Notes: generated by a model from the letters alone, not told the origin. A DNA stretch of 48,039 bases from an uncultured bacterium (GCA_964607485.1 CAZSKP010000027.1:1-48039), one strand, 5' to 3'. Shown: positions 38,506 through 47,691, counted from the first letter of the stretch. Numbers and translations are program-made.

Positions 38506-38741
38506 CTCGCGCGCGCCTCGCGGATAGTTTTCACCGTGTCGGGAAACTTGCGTCCCTTGAATCTGCGACGAAAGTCGTCGCAGACCTTCCGGGCGGTTTT
38601 CATATTCACCTTGGGCTCACGCGCCGCCTGCTCGAGAATCGACTTCGCCTCCGACTGCAGAGAACGCCCCCCCTCCCTGGCGCGTTTTTTGAGACGTTCC
38701 ACGACTTCTTCATCTAGGTCTCGGACCAGTATCTGTGCCAT
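38502..38741 (-). CDS. FitA/VapB-like ribbon-helix-helix antitoxin
   Basis: MAQILVRDLDEEVVERLKKRAREGGRSLQSEAKSIL. Confidence 0.88.
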   Translation of the reverse strand: MAQILVRDLDEEVVERLKKRAREGGRSLQSEAKSILEQAAREPKVNMKTARKVCDDFRRRFKGRKFPDTVKTIREARAR

Positions 38742-38763
38742 GAGCAACCTCCTCTTCATACAA

Positions 38764-38802
38764 TGCTATCATAATGATAGCACATGATTCGGGTCCTGTC
38801 AA
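38764..38802 (-). promoter_or_regulatory. TA promoter with palindromic operator
   Basis: TTGACA-17-TATCAT (extended TG); -10 lies within TGCTATCAT-A-ATGATAGCA (38764-38782). Confidence 0.8.
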
Positions 38803-38822
38803 TACTGATTCGGGATTTCGTT

Positions 38823-38999
38823 CACCGGCTCTCGACCATCAAGGGGGTGAACCGAATCCTCGTCATGCACAAGGGCCAGATAGTCGAGGAGGGAACGCAT
38901 GCCGAGCTGATAGCAAAGAAGGGAATCTATTACCGCCTCTATCTGCTGCAGTACAAAGGCCAAGAAATCTCCGCCGACGGGAAACCGGTCGGGCCTTGA
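38823..38999 (+). pseudogene. Orphan 3' fragment of the ABC gene (repeat copy 2 with a different tail ISADGKPVGP)
   Basis: HRLSTIKG...QYKGQE identical in protein to the 36279-38090 C-terminal region; no ABC sequence upstream of it. Confidence 0.9.
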
Positions 39000-39053
39000 A
39001 CGGTTTACGGTCTCTAGGCTGAAAAAGTCTCTCGCTTTCTGCTTTTACCCTAG

Positions 39054-39082
39054 TTGACATGTTGCTCGTAATTCCATATAAT
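39054..39082 (+). promoter_or_regulatory. Consensus sigma70 promoter
   Basis: TTGACA-17-TATAAT exact match, ~66 nt upstream of ATG 39149. Confidence 0.8.
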
Positions 39083-39148
39083 CACTTTGCATGAAAATGG
39101 AGTCAGTCCAAGTCTTGTGGGACTTATTGGAGAATAAGAAGTGTAGCG

Positions 39149-40978
39149 ATGATTGAGGATCTGGTCAAGAAAATTGAGCCCTCTGTAGTCCAAATTTCCG
39201 CTTTTGACAGTCAAGGCCGGGAAAAGAAATGGGGTAGTGGTTTCATCGTAACCGATAAGTGTGAAATAGTAACGAATCGTCATGTGCTGCAAGACGCATG
39301 TCGTGCGGAAGTAAAGTTGTCTGACGACAAGATTTATCCCGTCAAGAATATTCTCGCGGAAGATGTGACTGCCGACCTTCTCATGCTTGATCTTCAAAAT
39401 CCCCCGTGTCCTGTCTCATATCTCCATGTCAGTGAAAGAGAGCCCGAGAAGGGGGAAAGAGTTCTTGTGATTGGAAACCCTTTGGGATTTGAAAAGTCGG
39501 TTTCCGACGGAATAGTCTCAGGAGTGCGCGAAATTCCATCCTATGGAAGGATGATTCAAATAACCGCTCCGATATCTCCAGGATCAAGCGGAAGCCCCGT
39601 TGTGAATCTGGAGGGAGATGTGATTGGTGTCGCGACAGCGCAAACATTGGAAGGACAGAATCTCAACTTTGCGATACCCGCCGAAAGAGTAATCAATTTG
39701 ATTCAATCGAAGGATTCAGATAATCTACCGCTCCATTTTCCCGAAAGCCCTGAAACTGCTGAGACTCTTTTTTCTACTGGCGAATCTTATCTTGCGGCAA
39801 AGGATTATGAGAAAGCGATACTCTATTATGAAAAGGCCATCGAGAGAAACTCTGAATTTGGGGAGGCATATGTTGGGTTAGGTGCGGCCTACCTTAACTT
39901 AGGCGAGCACCAGGCGGCGATAGAAGCTCTCACGCAAGCGGTAGAACCTCTCACACAATCGATACGTATCAAGCCAGACAATGTCACTGCTTATAGGGGC
40001 TTGGGGCTAGCGTATTTCGTCATGCGGCGCTTTAGAGAGGCTATTGATGCATATAGCAAGGCGGTTGAGCTTGCACCAGATAATTTCGACCTTCAGTACG
40101 AACTGGGTATGTCATATTCGCAGCTAGGTTCGGCCAACTACGGACAGGCGACAGCCGCTTATTTCAAAGCGGCCCGACTTAAGCCGGATGACGCTGCTGT
40201 TCAGTGCGAAATTGCCACGAAATGTGCCCAAATGAATCACCACCAAGAAGCAGTGATTTTGTTCAAAAAGGTGATCCGTATTGAGCCTAATAATGAAGCG
40301 TATACAGGTCTGATGACATCCTGTTTCTGGTTGGGCATTCAAGTGAGCCCTGGTGAGTTATATAAAACCGGCGACATCCAGTTGAACAGCTATTCCGAGA
40401 CTATTAAGGCATATAGAAGGACAATTTCTGTTGAACCACGTGATTCCATGAGACATCAGAAACTTGGGCTCGCCTGCGTCTTGACCGACGATAAACGTTC
40501 TGCGATAGAAGAATACAAAATCCTTGAAAAACTCGATAGATATATGGCCGAGCACTTATTAGATTGCATAAAATACAACTTCGGAAACGATGCTTTTGAA
40601 GATGTCCCCCAAGATTTCTTCAGTTCAACATTCAAGCAAACACAGAAACTCGAAGTCGTGAAAGATGTTCGGGTCAAATCGGTTGACGATGAAGCGGCGA
40701 CCAAACTTCTCCGGGCCGCTCATAAGGGACAACTCGATGCCGTGGAATTCTTATTGAGGGAAGGTGTGGACGTAAATGCCAAATACAAGCATGGGGGTAC
40801 AACAGCTTTGATCTTCGCGGCGGCAAAAGGTCACGCTGAAATCGTGAAGATGCTCTTAGACAAAGGTGCGGATGTAACTGCCAAGACCGACAATGGTCTA
40901 ACGGCGTTGTTGGTTGCAAGAAGAAAAGGTCATAAAGAGATTGTGCGATTGCTCAAAGCGGCAGGAGCAAGAGGGTGA
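39149..40978 (+). CDS. Trypsin-like serine protease fused to TPR repeats and C-terminal ankyrin repeats
   Basis: GSGF, TNRHV, ADL, ISPGSSGSP triad; TPRs (AYVGLG, AYRGLG); ankyrins (GGTTALIFAA, GLTALLVA); no signal peptide seen. Confidence 0.88.
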   Translation: MIEDLVKKIEPSVVQISAFDSQGREKKWGSGFIVTDKCEIVTNRHVLQDACRAEVKLSDDKIYPVKNILAEDVTADLLMLDLQNPPCPVSYLHVSEREPEKGERVLVIGNPLGFEKSVSDGIVSGVREIPSYGRMIQITAPISPGSSGSPVVNLEGDVIGVATAQTLEGQNLNFAIPAERVINLIQSKDSDNLPLHFPESPETAETLFSTGESYLAAKDYEKAILYYEKAIERNSEFGEAYVGLGAAYLNLGEHQAAIEALTQAVEPLTQSIRIKPDNVTAYRGLGLAYFVMRRFREAIDAYSKAVELAPDNFDLQYELGMSYSQLGSANYGQATAAYFKAARLKPDDAAVQCEIATKCAQMNHHQEAVILFKKVIRIEPNNEAYTGLMTSCFWLGIQVSPGELYKTGDIQLNSYSETIKAYRRTISVEPRDSMRHQKLGLACVLTDDKRSAIEEYKILEKLDRYMAEHLLDCIKYNFGNDAFEDVPQDFFSSTFKQTQKLEVVKDVRVKSVDDEAATKLLRAAHKGQLDAVEFLLREGVDVNAKYKHGGTTALIFAAAKGHAEIVKMLLDKGADVTAKTDNGLTALLVARRKGHKEIVRLLKAAGARG

Positions 40979-41227
40979 AGCAACGTTTGCAGATTTTGGG
41001 ATGCGTTACGAAAATAATATTTAGGATCTTTCCTTCAAATGGAAAGCGGAAAAGCAACGGTATCCTCTCTGAGGATGCTGACCCAAAAGGCTTTAATGAT
41101 TTAATGAACAATAATTGCTCCTTACTCTCGAGCAATCCGTATGCAGTATGCAAAATCAAATGGTAATTTGGGATGCCCGAAACGAAGTCTTCTCCACGAA
41201 TATTGCTTTGTCACGAAAGGACACGGA

Positions 41228-41986
41228 ATGCCGAAGGCTGCCGCGTTAGCCGAACGCATTGGAGAATTTCGCGAGATACTCGGAATCATTGCCGAGGAGG
41301 GTCCCGGTGCTACCCGTGCTGGAGAGTATCGCAATCGGCGAGATGAACTACTTGATGATTCGCGCGTCCGTGATCGCATACCCGACTTCGTTGTGGAATG
41401 CCGAACGCCAAGAGACTTCTGGAACTACATCCAGCGTGCGTTCAAGACGTATGCTGAACGTTCAAGGTACATCGAGGCCCAGCTTTTGCCGATCGAGCGA
41501 CAGTTTCGACCCGAGCGCCAAAGGGCGCCCGGTGTCCGACCGCCTGAAGTTCGTATTGAGTATTCTCCCGTACGACCAACCGTGAGTGGGGGCCAGACCT
41601 ACATCGCTGAAGACCGCATCACACAGCTGCGCGCACTCAGTCCGCCGAACTTCGATCTTTGCAAACTGGTCCGTCTGTGCGAAGAAATAAACGTCGCATA
41701 CTCGGAAGGGTGCTGTTTTGCCGTTGCAATGCTGGTACGAACGATTATCGATCATGTTCCGCCAATTTTTGGCATGCGAAACTTTACCGAAGTCGTGAGT
41801 AACTACGCGGGGGGACAGTCCTTCAAGAAAACGATGGATCATATGCAAAAAACGTCGCGAAATATAGCGGACAGCCACTTGCATACACAAGCACGCGCAA
41901 GCGAAACATTACCCTTTCCTCAACAGGTGAATTTCGCGCAGGCAATGGACATGTTGCTGGCTGAGATCGTGGTACTACTTCAATAA
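41228..41986 (+). CDS. Hypothetical protein with AbiJ-like N-terminal and helical (HEPN-like?) C-terminal domain
   Basis: PDFVVECRT..DFWNYI...TYAERSRYI resembles Abi-associated N-terminal domains; C-terminal RTIIDHVPPIFG...RNIADSHLH; ORF could start at 41141. Confidence 0.5.
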   Translation: MPKAAALAERIGEFREILGIIAEEGPGATRAGEYRNRRDELLDDSRVRDRIPDFVVECRTPRDFWNYIQRAFKTYAERSRYIEAQLLPIERQFRPERQRAPGVRPPEVRIEYSPVRPTVSGGQTYIAEDRITQLRALSPPNFDLCKLVRLCEEINVAYSEGCCFAVAMLVRTIIDHVPPIFGMRNFTEVVSNYAGGQSFKKTMDHMQKTSRNIADSHLHTQARASETLPFPQQVNFAQAMDMLLAEIVVLLQ

Positions 41987-42008
41987 GCTGGGGCTGAGGA
42001 ATGATGTG

Positions 42009-42113
42009 TCATTGCAAGATCTGACCCCAATTACTCCGGCGCACCTCTTGAAAACCATGACGCTCGAGTATCTGACAAGCCTCCTGTCCGGACAACTTTC
42101 GCAGCTTAGCCAA
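42009..42113 (-). pseudogene. hicA: Truncated HicA toxin
   Basis: TTG start overlapping the hicB stop; MAKLRKLSGQEACQILERHGFQEVRR then unrelated SNWGQILQ*, lacking the GSH motif. Confidence 0.75.
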
Positions 42114-42327
42114 TAGCTATCTCCACCTGAGTAACATACACTTCATGATGAAGTCTGTCCCTGATCTCTTCAGGCGATGCCGTCTCGAAGAACAGCTCTA
42201 GGGCTTCCTGCAAGTTCCTTCGGGCTTCGTCAACAGAGTTGCCCTGACTGGCCACGTCAACTTCCGGGCACAGAGCGACGAACCCGTCGCCTTCCCTTTC
42301 AATGATGGCAGTCAATTGTCTGGTCAT
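42106..42327 (-). CDS. hicB: HicB family antitoxin (short form)
   Basis: AIIEREGDGFVALCPEVDVASQGNSVDEARRNLQEALELF; RBS GAGGAG. Confidence 0.88.
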   Translation of the reverse strand: MTRQLTAIIEREGDGFVALCPEVDVASQGNSVDEARRNLQEALELFFETASPEEIRDRLHHEVYVTQVEIAIG

Positions 42328-42350
42328 ATATGTCTCCTCTTCCTTTCCTA

Positions 42351-42452
42351 AGTGCGAAGGGCAAAGAGCGAAGGACGAAATGTCTAGAAGAACATGACCC
42401 ATATGTGGTTTTGTATTTCATCCTTCCTACTTCGCACTTCAAACTTCGCCCT
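42351..42452. repeat. Inverted clusters of degenerate heptamer repeats
   Basis: AGTGCGAAG-GGCAAAG-AGCGAAG versus CTTCGCA-CTTCAAA-CTTCGCC. Confidence 0.5.
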
Positions 42453-42741
42453 TTTGTTCACCGTCAGTATACAGCAGATGTTGGCAGGAATTCAAGCGCG
42501 TTTTCCTGTTTCGGATCTGGACCTTTATTGAAGGTTCGCCCGGTCGGGCCATTCTCGAGATCGGCTCTTTTTTGCCTGCGCGGCTTGTCTTAAAGCTTCT
42601 TGATGTATCCAAACTCAAAGTGTCTTCATTGACATTGCGGAATGGATTTGTTACCTTAGCATCGGTTCTGGTGAGCACTTATGGACGTAACTGCATCTTC
42701 TTTCATTGTTCGTTGAAGTGGCCTGAGAGAGTTTGGTACTT

Positions 42742-43083
42742 ATGAAGATGATAATAGACACGGTAACACTTGATGAACTGAGACAAATGGCCGAGCTTCT
42801 CTTTGGGAATATCGTAAAGGCGGTAGTTGATGTTGAGAGGGAGCTCATTGCGGTTGACGCCGAGCTTCATTCCGATTTAGAGGCGCTCCTCCTGCAGGAT
42901 GGATCAAGGCAGAAGAACCTTTGGGGAATCAATTTCTATCCGGAAATACAAGGAGATGAGTTCATTGAATTTGATTCCCTGATTAATATCCGCCCTTCCC
43001 AGGGAAACCGAAGCCGCGGAGTGGAGGATGAAAACATCCGCACACAGATCGTCGAGATTGTGGCAAAGAGAGTCAAACGATGA
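42742..43083 (+). CDS. DUF5674-like hypothetical protein
   Basis: VKAVVDVE...AELHSDLE..LL..GS.Q.NLWGIN...IEFDSLINIRPSQGNRSRGVED. Confidence 0.7.
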   Translation: MKMIIDTVTLDELRQMAELLFGNIVKAVVDVERELIAVDAELHSDLEALLLQDGSRQKNLWGINFYPEIQGDEFIEFDSLINIRPSQGNRSRGVEDENIRTQIVEIVAKRVKR

Positions 43084-43412
43084 GCTATCAACACAAACAA
43101 CTTGCCGCAGGACGCTGGTATGAGTTGTCGTTTGTCGAGCAGATGGCTAATATCGGCGGCGAGGTCGAGCGTTCATTAAAATGGCGGGCCAAGAATAACA
43201 CCGTTTATTGTCAACAGGCATTTGAACGCGCTCTTGAATTGATAGACTTGACGTTGGAGGACACAAAAAATGTCAACCGGCTCAAAGAACTTGCCCGTCT
43301 TCGCGAGGCGATAGTTGACTTTTTCGCAGATTCGAATGAGTTTTCAACCACTGACACATCATGGAGAAAATACTTTTCGTTTTTCGCCTATGCCGCCCGC
43401 AAGCATTTGTGA
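43080..43412 (+). CDS. Conserved helical hypothetical protein coupled to the DUF5674-like gene
   Basis: ATGA overlap; RWYELSFVEQMANIGGEVERS...ERALELIDLT. Confidence 0.7.
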   Translation: MSYQHKQLAAGRWYELSFVEQMANIGGEVERSLKWRAKNNTVYCQQAFERALELIDLTLEDTKNVNRLKELARLREAIVDFFADSNEFSTTDTSWRKYFSFFAYAARKHL

Positions 43413-43469
43413 GGTGAATCGAAAGTGAAGGAGCATGTTGCTCAAATGGTTTTGGCGGGAAAAATGTGA

Positions 43470-43532
43470 TTCAAACGCTTAGTTCAGGGTATCTCCCCCC
43501 GTAACCTTATCCGCTTAGGCCTCTTGTTCGAC
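43470..43532 (-). mobile_element. Degenerate attC-like site (integron cassette end)
   Basis: Minus strand GTCGAAC...CCTGAACTAAGC-GTTTGAA, 63 bp; GTCGAAC is exactly complementary to GTTCGAC at the gene's 5' boundary (44223-44217). Confidence 0.5.
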
Positions 43533-44216
43533 GTTCCCATTCAGGCTTGGTCGGAGTATCGGTTGCTTTCCCTTGGGGCATATCGTAATACAGCGTTTGC
43601 AATATCTGAGCTCGCGACGAGGTCCTTACGGTTCATATTCGCCTATGGCCTTGCGAAATGAGCGACACTGAAGTCCCTCGAAGTTCTCATCGAATATTGC
43701 ACCGGCGGGACACTCCGAAACACACAGACCGCACCGGTCGCACAGTTGTTCTCCCGCTACTCGCGCGCTGAGTGCAAGCGGCGCCGTGGTAGCCATCACC
43801 CGCAGGTGGATCCAGGGGCCCCAATCCGGATGAAACAAGAACGCATTCGTTCCGATCTCCCCGAGCCCGGCGGCCTGCGCCACGAAACGAAATTGAAGCC
43901 CGCTCTCGCGGGGATAGTCAACAACTCCGGCTTCATGCCCTTGGCGAGTCAGCTCTGCCCTGATTGCATTGCAGATTTCGCTGCAGTGATCATCGGCGGC
44001 GCAGTGTTCGCCGCCATCGCCCGTGGCATACCACGTCCATTCCTCTTCGGTAATTATGTGATGCCCAAGCACGATTGCCGTCGTAGCCTGAGGCATGAAG
44101 GTAGAGAAGTAAGACCGTTCTCGTTCAGGGAGATCATCAATGCGAACGGAGAAGAGGGAACAGCATGGCCATGCTTCCATCAAATCGCGCATATTTTCGC
44201 CAGCGTTTATCATCAT
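43515..44216 (-). pseudogene. QueG/reductive-dehalogenase-like Fe-S protein with an internal TAA
   Basis: AQAAGLGEIG.N, WGPWIHLR, CDRCGLCVSECP; past the TAA at 43626-43628 the frame continues GPRRELRYCKRCITICP. Confidence 0.75.
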
Positions 44217-44265
44217 GTCGAACGATGATTATGCGGCCTGTACAAAACGGGAGACAAACGGTACA

Positions 44266-44796
44266 TCAAGGCGTGATGGTTGCTCCCACTCCGACCGAAG
44301 GCGTGAAGTACCAGCCGCCCACGCCGACTGAGAAGCCCGGGCGTGTCTTGCGGCCGCGTCTGACGTCGATCTTCTGTCCTTTATATTCGACCGACTCCAG
44401 CCTCAGCTCCGCCCCGGCGGTCGTCTTCGCGTCGGGCGCGACCTTGAGCTTGCCGACCACGGTGAGTGGCTCGCCGGCATCGAAGGCCTCTTCGACGAGC
44501 GCGGAAGCTTTCGCTATGGCATCGGCGGTGTAGCCGGAGCTGAACACGGCAATCTTTTCATCCGGCCCGTAACCGATGGTGAAATGCAGCGTGCGGTAGG
44601 CGTCTCCTCTGGCCGGCTCATATGTCACGACATGTCCCGTCAGTTCGACGCGCTTGTTCTTGTGGGCCTGCGGATTCTCGACCGCTTCGGCGAGGTCGAG
44701 CCTGGCCGGAGCGGTGGTCGCACAGCCGGCCGCACATGCGACGATCAGAAGAAAAGCTCCGACGAGGACACCATTTCGAAGAAACGAAGGGATCAT
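44266..44796 (-). CDS. Putative lipoprotein (OB-fold-like)
   Basis: Hydrophobic signal ending in the lipobox-like AAGC; V.LTGHV...LTVVGKL pattern. Confidence 0.6.
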   Translation of the reverse strand: MIPSFLRNGVLVGAFLLIVACAAGCATTAPARLDLAEAVENPQAHKNKRVELTGHVVTYEPARGDAYRTLHFTIGYGPDEKIAVFSSGYTADAIAKASALVEEAFDAGEPLTVVGKLKVAPDAKTTAGAELRLESVEYKGQKIDVRRGRKTRPGFSVGVGGWYFTPSVGVGATITP

Positions 44797-44810
44797 TCGG
44801 CCTCCCCGTC

Positions 44811-46406
44811 TCATTTTGCTTTCCCCCGGGCGCGCTTCTTCTTCGCCTGCTCGTCTTTCATCAGCTTGTACTCGATGCTGTCAACGAGCGCCTGCCAGCT
44901 TGCCTCGATGATGTTCTCGTCCACGCCGACGGTATTCCACGTGTCCTTCTTGTCGCTCGACTCGATGAGCACGCGCGTCTTGGCCTCGGTACCGGCCTTG
45001 GCGTCGAGGATACGGACTTTGAAGTCGGACAAATGCATCTCGCGCACCTGCTTGTAGAACGGTTCCAGCGCTTTCCTGAGCGCGTTATCGAGCGCGTTGA
45101 CGGGGCCGTTTCCTTCGGCGGCGGTGTGCTCGGCCTTTCCATCGACCACGACCTTTATCGTCGCCTCGGAGATGAGCTGGTTGTCCTCCCTCTTCTCCAC
45201 GATGACCCTGAAGCCGGCGTGCCTGAAGAAGCTCTTGTGTGTGCCACGCGCCTTGTGCATCAGGAGTTCGAGCGACGCGTCGGCTCCCTCGAACTGGTAG
45301 CCGGCCTGCTCGAGGTCCTTCAGCCGCCCGAGCAGCTCCTGCGTGCGGCGGTCCTTGCGGTCGATGTCGATTCCGACCGACCTCGCCTTGGACGCGACGC
45401 TGCCCTTGCCCGCGAGCTCCGACACCAGCACGCGCCTGCGGTTGCCCACGAGTTCGGGAGACACATGCTCGCAGGTGCGCGGGTCCTTTTCCACCGCGTC
45501 CGCGTGCCATCCGCCCTTATGCGCGAAGGCGCTGTGGCCGACGTACGGTTGATTGCTTCGGGGGACGATGTTCGCGAGCTCGTTTATGGTGTGCGACGCG
45601 TCGCGCAGCTTCCTGAGCTGCAGCCGGTTGACGACGGGAATCCCCATCTTCAGACAGAGGTTCGGAATGACGACGCACAGGTCGGCGTTGCCGCATCTCT
45701 CGCCGTATCCGTTTATCGTTCCCTGCACGTGCGCGATGCCCTTCTCCACCGCCATGAGCGTGTTTGCCGTCGCCAGTCCGGAATCGTTGTGGACGTGGAT
45801 GCCGAGCGGTGCATCGACCGCCTTTTTCGCGGCGTCGATCGCTTCCGACACGAGCCACGTCAGGCTTCCGCCGTTTGTGTCGCAGAGGACTATCCGGCTT
45901 GCGCCCGCTCTTTTGGCGGCATCGAGGACCGCCAACGCGTAATTTGGGTTGTCCCTGTATCCGTCGAAGAAATGCTCGGCGTCGAAGAAGACCTCGCGGC
46001 CGCGCGACCTGAGAAACCGGATCGTATCCTCGACGAGTGCGAGATTCCTTTTCAGCGACACGGAGAGCACCTTCCTGACGTGGAAGTCCCACGCCTTTCC
46101 AACGATCGCAACCTGCTGCGTGGCGGCGTCGAGCAGCTTCTTGAGCGCTTCGTCTTCCTCGGGACGGCGCCGAGGATGGCAGGTGCCTCCGAAGGCGACC
46201 GGTTTCGCATGTTTCAGGTTTGCCTGGCCGATCTGTTTGAAGAACTGCACGGCCTTCGGGTTCGAGGCAGGCTGGCCGCCCTCGATGTAGTCAATTCCCA
46301 GCCCGTCGAGCAACTGCGCCACGACGAGCTGGTCCTCGGCCGAGAAGGCGATGCCCTCGCCCTGTGCTCCGTCCCGAAGGGTTGTGTCATAAAGTTCGAC
46401 TTTCAT
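44811..46406 (-). CDS. cimA: Citramalate synthase
   Basis: YDTTLRDGAQGEG, FDAEHFFDG, LCDTNGG, HVHND, GERCGNAD, AFAHKGG, GNGPVNALD. Confidence 0.92.
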   Translation of the reverse strand: MKVELYDTTLRDGAQGEGIAFSAEDQLVVAQLLDGLGIDYIEGGQPASNPKAVQFFKQIGQANLKHAKPVAFGGTCHPRRRPEEDEALKKLLDAATQQVAIVGKAWDFHVRKVLSVSLKRNLALVEDTIRFLRSRGREVFFDAEHFFDGYRDNPNYALAVLDAAKRAGASRIVLCDTNGGSLTWLVSEAIDAAKKAVDAPLGIHVHNDSGLATANTLMAVEKGIAHVQGTINGYGERCGNADLCVVIPNLCLKMGIPVVNRLQLRKLRDASHTINELANIVPRSNQPYVGHSAFAHKGGWHADAVEKDPRTCEHVSPELVGNRRRVLVSELAGKGSVASKARSVGIDIDRKDRRTQELLGRLKDLEQAGYQFEGADASLELLMHKARGTHKSFFRHAGFRVIVEKREDNQLISEATIKVVVDGKAEHTAAEGNGPVNALDNALRKALEPFYKQVREMHLSDFKVRILDAKAGTEAKTRVLIESSDKKDTWNTVGVDENIIEASWQALVDSIEYKLMKDEQAKKKRARGKAK

Positions 46407-46410
46407 TGGC

Positions 46411-47646
46411 TCATTCCTCGATGGTGGCGGCCGCCTTATCGAGCTCGAAGGCCTTGTGCACGGCCCGAAGCGCGTCGCGGCCGCGGTCGGCATCGACCAC
46501 GCAGGAAATCTTGATCTCGGAGGTGCTGATCATGTCGATGTTGATTCCCTTGTCGGCAAGTGCCTTGAACATCCGCGCGGCCACGCCCGAATGGTTCCGC
46601 ATGCCCACTCCGACGGCGGACACTTTGGCGACCTTTTCGTCGGCGCGGACCTCTCTCGCGCCCAGGGTCTTCTTCATTTCTTCTCCGACCTTGAGAGCTC
46701 TCTTCATCTCCTCCTTGGGCACGGTGAACGAGATGTCGCTCGCTCCGCGTGCGCTCACGTTCTGGATAATCATGTCAACGACGATGTTTTGCGACGCAAT
46801 GATCTCGAACAGTTTCGCGGCCACTCCGGGCTTGTCGGGCACGCCGACTATCGTGATCTTGGCCTCTTTCTCGTGCAGGCTTACTCCGCTCACCACTACC
46901 TCTTCCATCGAAGCAACCTCCTTTGTCACAAGGGTGCCTGGGTCATCGTTGAAGCTGGACCTGATTCGCATGGGCACTCCGTATTTCTTCCCGAACTCGA
47001 CCGCCCGCGTCTGCATGACCTGGGCCCCGAGGCTGGCCATCTCGAGCAGTTCGTCGTAGGAGATTCTCGGCAGCTTTCGCGCTTCGGGCACGATGCGCGG
47101 GTCGGCAGTGTACACGCCGTCCACGTCGGTGTATATCTCGCACAGGTCGGCCTTGAAGGCGGCGGCCAGAGCGACGGCGCTCGTGTCGGAGCCGCCCCGG
47201 CCGAGCGTCGTGATGTCGAGGTCGCCGGAGACTCCCTGGAAGCCGCACACGATGGCTATCTTGCCGGCGTCCAGCGCCTTTTGAATACGGTCGGTCTCTA
47301 TCGATATTATCCTGGCCTTTGTGTGCCAGCCGTTGGTGCGAATGCCCACCTGGCCGCCCGTGAACGATATGGCCTCTTGTTTAAGCGAGTGCAGGGCCAT
47401 CGCGAGCAGCGCGACGGATATTTGCTCGCCCGTCGACAGAAGCATGTCGTATTCGCGCTCATTGGGAGTGTCGGTGATCTGCCTCGCCAGCTCGACGAGT
47501 TCATCGGTCATCTCTCCCATTGCCGAGACGACGACGATGAGACTGTTGCCTTCCATTTTCGTGCGCGCGACCCGCTTCGCGACGTTCTTTATCTTGTCGG
47601 CGTTCGCGACGGAGGTGCCGCCATACTTCTGGACGATCAGGCCCAT
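46411..47646 (-). CDS. lysC: Aspartate kinase
   Basis: VQKYGGTSV, VVSAMG, TLGRGGSDTSA, TDVDGVYTADP, two ACT domains. Confidence 0.97.
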   Translation of the reverse strand: MGLIVQKYGGTSVANADKIKNVAKRVARTKMEGNSLIVVVSAMGEMTDELVELARQITDTPNEREYDMLLSTGEQISVALLAMALHSLKQEAISFTGGQVGIRTNGWHTKARIISIETDRIQKALDAGKIAIVCGFQGVSGDLDITTLGRGGSDTSAVALAAAFKADLCEIYTDVDGVYTADPRIVPEARKLPRISYDELLEMASLGAQVMQTRAVEFGKKYGVPMRIRSSFNDDPGTLVTKEVASMEEVVVSGVSLHEKEAKITIVGVPDKPGVAAKLFEIIASQNIVVDMIIQNVSARGASDISFTVPKEEMKRALKVGEEMKKTLGAREVRADEKVAKVSAVGVGMRNHSGVAARMFKALADKGINIDMISTSEIKISCVVDADRGRDALRAVHKAFELDKAAATIEE

Positions 47647-47691
47647 TTCGTCATTCCACCTTTCAGAAACCAGACGATTCTTCGTGCAATC

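Noticed and set aside
37920-38966. DGR template/variable repeat pair
   Set aside because: Differences are synonymous and include C/T changes rather than being adenine-specific; no reverse transcriptase in the window
29746-43628. Two in-frame TAA codons (29746, 43626) as stop-codon recoding
   Set aside because: TAA terminates many ordinary genes in this window; independent nonsense mutations or sequence errors are simpler
44622-46514. 630 aa plus-strand ORF (also 8680-10272 -, 7710-8828 -, 5763-6743 +, 36852-37715 -)
   Set aside because: Antisense or alternate-frame shadows of well-supported genes in GC-rich DNA, with no recognisable motifs
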